Below the pieces are notes generated by a model. That model saw only the letters and a list, made by a program, of their open reading frames with translations. It made no database searches and was not told where the DNA came from. Position numbers and translations under genes: made by a program. A stretch of DNA of 64,000 nucleotides from Balanoglossus misakiensis (Eukaryota; Animalia; Hemichordata), in contig CM082586.2 of the NCBI GenBank assembly GCA_040954595.2, positions 7,223,337 to 7,287,336 on the forward strand, in the 5' to 3' direction. This document shows, piece after piece, positions 12,739-23,184 of this stretch (position 1 is the first letter of the stretch; the number at the start of each line of letters is the position of its first letter).

Positions 12739-14628
12739 CTGGAATGTTGACATTTCTCTGGACTTCATAAATTTGGCTTTTAATTGAAGATCCAGAGGTT
12801 TATCTAAACGCTATTTTGTGACGCTAGATAAATTTTGTGTACATGTACATGTATTGTGATAACTTTCCAGGGCGGTAAAGCTCAGTAAAGTACACACGAA
12901 AACATGCTTGCCTCACAAAAACATTAATTTGGAGTCGATTACTCTATCGCAGTCGGTCCTCGACAAATAAACGTTTCTGAAGCGCCATCCCAGGTTTCTT
13001 GTATAATGCGAGTCTCATGGCAACGTACATTCATTTTCCATTTTAGATGTTTAATAAAGTGGCGAATGAAATTATCTATCTGAACAACTGTGTTCCGGGT
13101 GGATAAGTACTGTCCAGTCATATGTATGATTTCTAATGATTAATGCTCTAATAACTATATCTTTTGAACACATATGTTTTGGCAGAAATACAATCCACTA
13201 AAAATTCAAATCTAAGCAATATCATCACCAGTTATGTCTGCGTTGACGCACACTACCTTAACGAGTACCTGGCACAGTAATGAATATTCAACATATGCTG
13301 CCGACTATAGATATCCGTTTAATCCAACAATATAATCGATAAAATATTTTAGTGACCCGATAGAACAAATTGTGCATTTAAAGGCTTTTTAGGATTTTAC
13401 TGGTTTAGGGCCGATGTTAAATTATCCACACTAAGTGCCACGAGACACAAAGTCCCTGATAGTATTTCAACGATTCTAGTACCTGTATAGCTGTGAACAC
13501 AGTACGTGCTCTACAATTTTACTACTGTCAAGACAAGATAACCGTGTCAGTTTTCTCAATTTGGTGTTTCAATAAAATGTCACTGGTTCACGTTTACCAG
13601 TGACTCGAGCAAATATTTTCTGTTGAACTACCAAATGTGACGTGACCTTAAGGCGTGGCGGATACATATAAATTCATGTACATGTTTATTATAATATGAC
13701 GTTGATGCAAAAATGGCACATGTTAATGTTGGTGTAACGTGTATATTTTACAATTGGAAAGCAAATGTTTTATTTATCCACGCGTGTGCCTTTGTTGCAC
13801 AGCTCTTGTTTAGTTATGATACAATGATGATACGTGTTTGATATTTTATTAGTTATGGATTTTGAAAAGGAAAAAATTGCGCGCGTGCCTGAGAGAATGT
13901 TATGATCGTACGTGGTGATCGCCAATGTATATTTTAGAAGATAATTAAAAGAACAATAGTAAAAGAACAATAGTAAAACCCGGGGTACTGTTTCGTTTAA
14001 GTGGAGAGCAAATATTGGTAATTGATATTGATAAATGAAATAAATACTTTGATCAGTCACTGATATTATTAAGTCACGTTCAAGAACGGGAATATTTGTG
14101 TAGAATTAATTAATCAAACATCAGCACTTGTGTGATCTGTCGAAGCTTAGTGAAATTAAAAAAAAACACCGGTTGCTAGGCTACAGCAGCGTGTCGCCAT
14201 GTAACTTTCCCAAGTGATGGGCGTCAGATGTTTAACCTTTGTAATGTACATGAAATGTACGTTCATTTTCTGGTGTCCACGCACGGTGGGACAAACTTAC
14301 AGTGATGTGCTATGCTTATGCCAATTTCAGTACTCCAATTGCCGGTGATGGTTTTGTAGCGGACGCATTTGTGTTCGAACATACTGAATAATTGGACACT
14401 ACCCTGATAAAAAAAATGTTTCCATAAAGACAGCCGTTTACCAATCACTCCATCCCACATCCTCCGTTGATCCAAAATGTTTTTTTTCTCAAACAACTTA
14501 CAGCATTATGCTTTTGAAACCAAGCATGCCGTGTGACCATTGGCAGATTCTGCTAGCATTCGTACAAAAATACTGGAAACTAGTTCAAAAATCAGAACAT
14601 TTTCGCCTCCCGCTTAGCCTTGCTGCGG

Positions 14629-15786
14629 CTAGCATTTGTTCATCCACGAAAGCCGTTGGTTGAGTATATCCGAAAGCCCATCGTTGTACGGTTTGAAGAA
14701 CTCACAGAGTCTGTCACTGGCCCACTGTGCAATCTCTGGATGTTGTTTGCCCCTCCGCGGACAAAACTGTTGGGGGAAGTTGATACAGGTGTGACCGGTG
14801 ACCACGTTTGTGTAGAAATGACCCTTCCGGAAGAAATTCCTCAGGCCGAGGAAGTCTTCAATCTTGCTGATCTCCGAAGCCGGGTTCAGCTTGAGGAGCT
14901 CCCCGTCAACCGCCAAGATGTCGTTCCCTGTGAACTGTTGCAGCCAGCGGATCAGGTGTTGCACGTAGACGCTGAGGTCCAGGAACTCGTTGCGCTCGTC
15001 CATGCGGTATGTCTGCGTTTTGTCCAGCGCCGAGGCCTGGAACCGCATGGCCACCGTGGCTCTCTCGTCGCGAGTCAAGCGAGCGTCCGACCTGATCCAC
15101 TGCGAGTAATAGTCCGCCAGGAGTCTATCGACGGGGTCGCAGAACACGAAGATGATCTTGGCCCCGGGGGCCAATGTCTGGCGAACCATTTGTGGAGCGT
15201 TATAGGGTCTCTGAAAGAGAGACTGGTCGAAATCGATGGTTGTCTGTTTTGAGCTGGAATAGGGCATTTTCGATCTGTAGACGTCTGAAACGGAGACGTT
15301 GTTGTTGTTGCCGATTGTGTTGAAAAACTCCAACTCCGCGACGGGTCCGACAACCTGTGGATGTAGACGAAGAAATTGGTACATTTGGGACGCGCCGCAT
15401 TTTTTCACTCCGGCGATGATGGCGGAAGGCAGCCGTTGCCTGCATCCCCTCCTTTCTCGTATAGATTTCTTCATCAAGTTCCCCTCCTTGTAGAGGGGAC
15501 TGGTCGGTACGTAACAAGAGGTAGATAGCCGTTCGGCGAGGTAGCTCTTAACATTGGAGCTTGCGTCCCACGTCGTTAGCAACAGAGACCTCGGGTTGAA
15601 CCAGGACGCACCGCTGCCATCTTTGTCGGGACCGAGCTCCAAATCGTTCGGTCGCAGGGCGTCGATCCGAGGTGCGTCGATGATTCGTACAAGCATAATC
15701 GTAGCCACAAAAGCGATTGCGCACATCACGCAAACCTCGACCGATCGCCCACGAACGAATTTCTGTGTTTGTAGATAGGATATCAT
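14629..15786 (-). CDS. Heparan sulfate glucosamine 3-O-sulfotransferase-like (HS3ST family) type II Golgi protein, intronless ORF, divergent active-site motifs
   Basis: 385-aa ORF with an N-terminal TM (VCVMCAIAFVATIMLVRII). Family motifs: RQRLPSAIIAGVKKCG, FLRLHPQV, E.EFF, YRSKMPYS, DPVDRLLADY, YVQHLIRWLQQF, ILAVDGE.L, KIEDFLGL, FYTNVVTGHTC, HPEI, LCEFFKPYN. Confidence 0.88.
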   Translation of the reverse strand: MISYLQTQKFVRGRSVEVCVMCAIAFVATIMLVRIIDAPRIDALRPNDLELGPDKDGSGASWFNPRSLLLTTWDASSNVKSYLAERLSTSCYVPTSPLYKEGNLMKKSIRERRGCRQRLPSAIIAGVKKCGASQMYQFLRLHPQVVGPVAELEFFNTIGNNNNVSVSDVYRSKMPYSSSKQTTIDFDQSLFQRPYNAPQMVRQTLAPGAKIIFVFCDPVDRLLADYYSQWIRSDARLTRDERATVAMRFQASALDKTQTYRMDERNEFLDLSVYVQHLIRWLQQFTGNDILAVDGELLKLNPASEISKIEDFLGLRNFFRKGHFYTNVVTGHTCINFPQQFCPRRGKQHPEIAQWASDRLCEFFKPYNDGLSDILNQRLSWMNKC

Positions 15787-16041
15787 GCTCGTTTCTTAAA
15801 AAAAGTATTTTTGAGAGCGAAAGAGATGTATCGAAACGCGAACACTGCGGGCGACGGCCGTGGTAACAACACAGGAATATCAAACGTATTCACTGATTAA
15901 ACATATCAACACACCGTTCTATGCAAATCGATAAAATAATAAAATATGAACAAATCCTTCGACCAGATGTCACCATCCCCGCAGTTACGGGCATGACACG
16001 CCTGACCTGGCCGGCATTATTCCAGAGAGAACAGGCGGCTA

Positions 16042-16255
16042 GGGCGGATCATTTGATATCGGAGGGGGGGGGGGTCCCGAAAGGCTGATGACGTAGCCTT
16101 ATCTTTTGACCTTGATACACTGGTCATTTTTTCGCGCTCTGATTTCTGGCAATTTTCAAGGCTGACGGATTTTTTTCATAGACATTTGCTTGGAATATTT
16201 TTTATCGAAAATCTTCCAGCACCCCCCCCCTCCACGATATCAAATGGTCCAACCC
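16042..16255. mobile_element. MITE with imperfect ~30-bp TIRs beginning GGG (PIF/Harbinger-like)
   Basis: Left end gggcggatcatttgatatcggaggggggg versus right end cccccccctccacgatatcaaatggtccaaccc; flanked by CTA and TTA. Confidence 0.55.
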
Positions 16256-17782
16256 TTAGAAGTTAGAAAAGAAAGTAGTCAGGGCAGCGGCACGGATACG
16301 AGCGTAGCAACTGGTATCCGGAAATATGAATATAGGGGATATCATGACTGAATTACTTCGCAAAATTAGTTTGCATCAAATCCAATACGTACGCCAATAA
16401 TTCATGGAAATTACAGTACATCGGAATCTTGCCCGTAGGCTTTGCCCTACAGAGAGTGTTTACTCTAGAGATCCGCATTGCCACCGTGGCTCTCTCGTCT
16501 CTCCTTTCTTTTTTGTACCATTCTTAAAGAGGTCATGATTTGCGACGATGGTCTGCATGCGGTATTTCTTCAGTGCTTTACAAGCCGTTGGTGGCGACAT
16601 TACAAAAAATTGAACAGAGATAAACTCTGTAAATCTGAACTGAACTCAATCTCGTTGACCTTTCGAAAGGAACCAGTGTACCAACAGGTGCGAACTGTCT
16701 AATATGTATGTAAATTTTGTGACTTTCTTGGGATCAGTCTGTCTGCTTCTTGAGATAATTAATTTAGACTTTGGCAATCTTTATTGGTCAATTACTTCCC
16801 GTACGCTTGAAACAAGCAGACCACAGCTCTTGTGATTGGTCAATTACGATTTGAACTCGTCACACTCTTGGAACAGATGTTAGCCGCTTCAGACAGTTTG
16901 TCGACCCGAATGTTGACCCTATGATGTTTGTCCGCGATTTTGACGACAGATATTATCTCAGCAAAAGGGCATTCGAGGAAGTTTGTTCAGTTATTTTCCC
17001 TCGTGTGAGAAGTCTTGAGTAATTTTTCTCGCGAAGAAAAATTGTCAAATATCAACGGGAAAAATGTAAAAAAAATACTCTACAAAAATCGCCCATATAA
17101 GATGAAATTTGCTAAGCAAAATTCTTTTAATGACTATTTGCTCAGCTAATTTCTTTCCAAACTTCAAAAAGTTGTTGGGAGCGTGCCCGGTGTCTGCATA
17201 GGTCGTATTTCTACCACGGTGCTATTTGCTATACTTGCCGTGGGTGGCGACATTTAAAAATCCACATCAGACCGTCACTGTCCGCGTATGACTGGATTGA
17301 GTGACAAGTTTGTCAGTGCAAACGAACTTTTTTACCAACAGGTGCGAACTGTCTGGCAATGTACGCGCGTTTCTAATATATATTTAAATTATGTGCCTTT
17401 GTGGTGAACAACATGTTAAATAAGTAGGTCACCATTTCACAAGGTAATTAATTATTTACATGATTTAATAAGGTCACTACTTATTTAAATATAAGTGAAG
17501 TAAACAAGTGAAAGTATTTGTCATACTCGCCGTTGGTGGGGATATTAATATTTCCGCAACAGCCGTGCAATCCGGAAGTCCAGTATGCACTGTGGGTAAA
17601 TTTGAGTCAATATGGCTGCGCCCTTGGACTTTTAAAGTTGTTTGTCCGAAAAGGAACATTTCTGTGCGTTGGTTCAATATCACAGTAGAAAGACTTCATT
17701 AACCACATTCCGAAGCTTTGGATTACCTAACCCAATTCAAAGTCTAAGTTCGTGTAACGGGGTTTTATATTTTTTAGCCAAT

Positions 17783-20700
17783 ATGCGGGGAAACACCAGC
17801 TCTGTCGTCGTCGTTGTCGTCTGCATCTTCCTGGCGATCATTACAGACGTTACAGAAACGACATTATCGGGGAAAGACAAGAAAAGTAAAGATGAAAAGG
17901 TATACACAACATTTCATTTGGCACATATCAAGTGAAAGTCCACAGAAACTATCGATATATCAGCCGCTGCATAAATTGCATTACTGTTCGTGTGTCACTT
18001 TCAGAATAAACAAAACATGATTTGTTTACTATGGTCGAACAACGTTTGGTCGATTGAGTCTTATCATAAAATAATGAATAAATGCTGTCAAAACATAACG
18101 AAAATGTTAGTATGGGGGAGATATTTTTATTATTCATGAGTGGTACATCCCAAAAAACTTGAAATTCAAGCTTTAGTCCCAGGAACTGTGGACACGCCCC
18201 CTTCCTTTCAGCAAAGAACATGGACGGGCTATAACAACAGTTCACGGCAGTATTAATGAAACACATGATTTTTGTCACGTCTAGCCACCAGTGAAGTTGT
18301 CAGGGAAAACAGTTGAAGAGAGAAGACTCGTCGTTGACAATCCCAAAGCCAAAGAAATCATCAGAGATTTTCAAAACTATTGCGATAAAAAGAAGGGAGT
18401 CAAACAATTTGAAGGAGATGTACTAGGATATGTAACACCAGTAAGTGACTACCGTTTTCATCAGATTAATTAAAAATTAAGTAAGTCATGTACAGATAAG
18501 AAGGCCATTGGAAAGCACTGGTAACATAAATCTGAGTGAAACGTTATTCGTATGATTTTATTTAATAGCAAGTTCAACTGCATATTTTCTCCAATTCCTG
18601 TTGCTTTGATAATTAAAATGTGATTCTTTTGTTTCTCAGTGGAATAATCATGGTTATGACGTTGCCAAGATCTTTGGTAGCAAGTTCACTTACATCTCAC
18701 CAGTGTGGTTGCAAGTCAAAGTGGCTGGAGATCAGTATGTGGTTCAAGGTGGCCATGACATTGATCAAGGTCAGTTGGACTGGCATGGGAATTCATCAAT
18801 GTGCCAGGGCATTTAACTTGAGTTCCAAATAGTGTACTGTTTGTAAAAAGAAACTGTCTCTGTCGTACCAGCAGCCATGGTTATTACAGTTTTTATGCAT
18901 CTACAGTGGATATCTGAACTAATTTTCAGATTGCGTCAGTTATGGGCTGATTGAAGGTCAACCAAACAGCAAATTTATTACATTCATTGTCACACCTCAT
19001 TTGCATACAATAGCACAAGCAATTTTAAAGAAATATCTTTATATTACAGGATGGATAGCAGACGTGAAGAAAAAAGGCAAGAGAAAAGTAAAAATCTGTG
19101 AGTACTCTCTAAATCTATTTCATTCATCGTTTACATTTTTTCAAGAGCTTTCTTTAAAAAACTGTCTCTGAAAAAGTGTTAAGTATGATTTTCCTTTAGT
19201 TCCAAGATTACTATTTGACGGATGGTCTCCTGAAGATTTCAAAGTATTATTTGCAACTGAGGAAAGGATGCAGTTACTAGCAAGCACAGTTACAGAGTTT
19301 TACAAGGTAAACGAAGAGTACTGTTCAACATGATCATGTGTGTGTGAGTGAGTGAGTGAGTGTGTGCATGTAAATCTTTATATGTATCTCATATCCAGAC
19401 TTGGATATCACTATCACTAGTAATATGTATGTTTGCTTCTTTCCAGAAAGAAAAATTTGATGGTGTTGTTTTGGAAATTCTCAGCCAGATGCCTGGACAA
19501 AAGAAAGAGTAAGCCACCTGCAACATTATACTTTGTGGTGGATGGTCTCATCTAAAACATGGTTCCTTACAGTCACATTGGCATGTAATATGAAGAATAG
19601 AAATACACTGTATTTAAAAGGCTGCCAGATTACTCCATTGGAAGCTGTGTTTAGGGTTTAACAGGCAGGAGATGACACCTTTTTCAGTTGATTTGAAACA
19701 CCCATACTATTTAGTTGATCTGTGGTAACCATTCTCTTTTTATCAGAATGGAGTGTCCTTATGCTTATATTTACACTTCATTTATTGTATCTCTCTCCTC
19801 TTTCCTTCCAGAGATGCTATTCATTTAATAGCAGACTTGGCAGATGCAATACATCAGGAAAATATGAAATTTATATTAGTGATTCCACCATCAGTTACAC
19901 AAAGGTGGGTGTGTGCATTTACATGTACATCATAAAAAGTATTGTACATTGAACAGTCCAGCATTGAATATCAATGGCAAAGTAAAAATCTATTCAGTTT
20001 TGTATGTCTACCCTACCATGCAGAAAGACTTATTGAAGTCACATTTTCTATTATGAATTTTTTTTAAAGATCACACATTGATAACGTCTCTCTTGAAATA
20101 CATTTCCCTACTAGCAATACACCTGGCATGTTTTTACAAGAAGACTTTGATATCCTGTCACCAGTGGTGGATCTCTTCAGTTTGATGACTTATGATTTCT
20201 CTTCTCCACAGAGGTAAGCTCTTACCAGAAGCTTTTACGCTCAGGTCTAGTTGATATCGTTTTGCTTGGTCAATATTTGGTTGGTCAGTATTTGGTCATG
20301 TTCAATAAGGACGTACGCACTGACTGTGTGAATTTTATATTCAATTTTTTTTTTCAGGCCAGGTCCCAACTCACCCATAGGCTGGGTTAAATCGTGTGTC
20401 CAAGCCTTGGCGCCAGAACCCGGCCCGAAGAGGGAGAAGATACTTCTTGGTTTGAACTTTTACGGTTACATGTTTCAAGGCAGTTACATGGAACCCATTT
20501 TGGGGAACAAGTAAGAATTTTGTGGTTGTTTCGTCTCGTCTGCTTGTTCTAAAATATCTGGGGTTAACCCTCTCACCGCCATGGTTCAGTCCAGACCCAT
20601 GTTTTCTATGGTAAGGTTGGACCTCTTAAAGGTATACGGTCACCTATGGAAAATTAGCTATAGTTACCATGGCAAATTTAGATCTAGCCAATCACAGATT

Positions 20701-21928
20701 ATCAGTGGGAGGCACACGCGAAAAAAAGAGCGCCACCATCTGTTCTTTAGAACACTCAAATATGCCACTTCAGCCATATATGGGCGTATGTTAATTGAAG
20801 GTGACCGTATACCTTTAAATGTAAAGTGGGGGTGAAAGGGTTAAAAGGATCAACACGAACAATGTGGCTGGTGCTCTATATATGAAACAACATTGTTCTC
20901 ATTTTGAAATATATGAATTTTCACTTTCTAATGCTGAATCTCTTGACAGATACATAGAAATATTGACGAAACACAAACCCAAGTTGAAGTGGGATTCAGT
21001 GGTGGCAGAACACAGCCTTGAATACAAGTAAGTGTCTGTAATAATTACATTTCAGAAATGATCTACTTTAAATTTGAAGGTTGGAGATAGCTCTGCATCT
21101 TTGAAACTCCAATTCACAGCATTTCTATACTTCAAAACAACCAATTTTAAAATAAGATAAGTGTCTACTTAGGATTCAACAGAAGTGTCTGATGTTGGTT
21201 TTCGTCATACAGAAAACTTACCGGTATGTCTTGTACGCTTTCTTGTACGTTTTCAGAGGTGGCCATAAAGTCTTCTACCCAACTTTAAAGGTGAGTCTCA
21301 ACTATAATCAAAGTAAAATGCATTCAAACCAGAAGAGTTTCAGTTCCGAAGTAGAAAGTGTCCCAACCTTGCTTTCAAGGTGACACCGCCCTCAGCAGTA
21401 GATGTTAGCAGCACAGTACATGCAGTCTCACTCAGATTTTTTAACACATTCTTGTCTTGTTCTTACGGGAAAACCAAAAAGGTCACCCTGGTATATTTAT
21501 GAAGAACTATAGTCAGTGTTTTTGTTAAGGGCGGTACCCAGGTAAATGTCACCGGGGTTCCCCAGTCATTTTACAGGGGTTCACCTTGGTATATGAATGG
21601 AGTCATATTAGTAGGTAGCAGACGCGTTATTGGGGTTCCCAAGTCATTTACCAGTCTTCCTAAGCCTTAGCAAAAACCCTGTGTAGTGATAATAATGTGT
21701 CCCTTTATGTTCACAAATACAGAAACCAGAGACGGCGTTCAGACCAAGTATCAGCCTAAATGTTTTTAGGCATGCACCAAATCCGATCCTAATTCCGTGA
21801 TTTGATTCCATGTTTTTTTCATTCCACAGTCTCTCCAGATGCGCATTGACCTGGCCAGGGAGATGGGATGCGGAGTTTCCATCTGGGAAACGGGCCAAGG
21901 ACTGGATTATTTCTACGACCTGTTGTAG
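17783..21928 (+). CDS. CHID1: Chitinase domain-containing protein 1 (GH18-like, SI-CLP)
   Basis: Exons: 17783-17899, 18285-18440, 18640-18769, 19050-19097, 19200-19306, 19447-19508, 19812-19904, 20115-20213, 20358-20510, 20950-21027, 21257-21290, 21830-21928. Diagnostic motifs: [78 protein letters not shown]-terminal [18 protein letters not shown]. Confidence 0.95.
20564..20844. mobile_element. ~90-bp TTAA-CCCT...AGGG-TTAA mini-MITE (piggyBac-like ends) interrupted by a nested second element
   Basis: ttaaccctctcacc...ggtgaaagggttaa. Uninterrupted copies of the same family occur elsewhere, e.g. 33025-33116 and 55752-55846. Confidence 0.8.
20626..20818. mobile_element. ~190-bp TTAA-flanked MITE with AGGTATACGGTCACC TIRs (Kolobok-like ends)
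   Basis: ttaa-aggtatacggtcacc...ggtgaccgtatacct-ttaa. Other copies at 27286-27479, 56262-56454, partial ~50870-51043, degenerate ~22520-22629 and ~58459-58625. Confidence 0.85.
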
Positions 21929-23184
21929 TCTTCACCCGCCACACCCGAGCAAAATTTCAGCATGGCAGAAATACCTCAGCTATGAATGCCTACGGATAAT
22001 AATTACATGTAGCAGATCATAATTTGCTAATAAAAAGGCATTGCGAAACATGCAGTGAGAACTTAAATCCCACAGAAAATGAAAACCCTACTTTCTCTGC
22101 TAGAGAGATTTCAAAAATTGATTTTCACCGAAGAACCACTGATTAATTTGAGTGCCTAGTTTGCCATTCAAAGATACAGTAAACCATCTGAAAAGTTACC
22201 ATTAATGGACAGAAGCTACATTCTCAAGAAGTTATGCAAGTTGATTGATCAGAAGCATTTTGATATTTTTTTCTCACAGAATTAGGAAAGTAAGAATCAT
22301 AAAGTTCACCTGATACTTGATGTAATCTTCTGCAGTCCTGGAATTCAAAAGATTTTTCCAGATATTTCAGCGACACCAAAGTTGCCTATGTACCACAGAT
22401 ACAGTCCCGACTGAATCAGTTTATTCCACTCAGGGTTGCAGGAAGATTTCCAGCAATAAGCAGCCGTGTTAAATACAGGTTTGATTTTTATGTACACAGT
22501 CACACATACAAATCCAGCCAGTTACCATGGAGATTTGAGACTAGCCAATCTCGGTTATTTGAAGATGGAGACACGCACCCTTTTTATCATATATGGGCAT
22601 ATGTAAATTAAAGTGATGTATGTACCTTTCGTGTACAGTGGATGGAATCGCGGTTTTAAGCAAATCTCAGAAAACATGATAGTGAAATCTTGTCATTTTA
22701 TGTTGTCGTATGATTGCCTATTGTATTAAACCTGATGATTTTATGAATATATGTACATGTATCTCTTGTATGTTTTGCCATGCCACAAAACACTGTTTAG
22801 AAAGATGAGATGGACATAAGAAATGAGCCATAACAAAATTGCTTACACCAACTATTACAACACAGTTTTTATTGGAAAACAAAATATCAAAGCTTCACAA
22901 AGATATGTCTCTGGTCAACATCAAGTTCTCTCCCATCAAAGTGTGTGGGGACAGTTTTTCCTCGAGGCAGTGACAGTTAAAAGCAAGTCTCTGTTGGGTG
23001 GTATGGTCCATTGCAATGGAAATGCAGTATAACACACATGGTTGAAATGCATGCAGAGATATGCATACGTTGATGGGATGCCCGTCAGTACTGTTTAAGG
23101 TAAATATCTGGTCTCAGGCCAATATCAATATAATGCCTTTGAACTGGTATCAAGGTCAATATCAATATATAACACCCCACAACA

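Noticed and set aside
14620-15252. 210-aa ORF antisense to the sulfotransferase (likewise 47833-48819 antisense to EXTL3)
   Set aside because: Expected antisense shadow of a CDS with high GC at third codon positions.
19447-19508. CHID1 lacks the chitinase DxDxE motif (reads DGVVLE)
   Set aside because: Normal for the non-catalytic CHID1 family; not novel.
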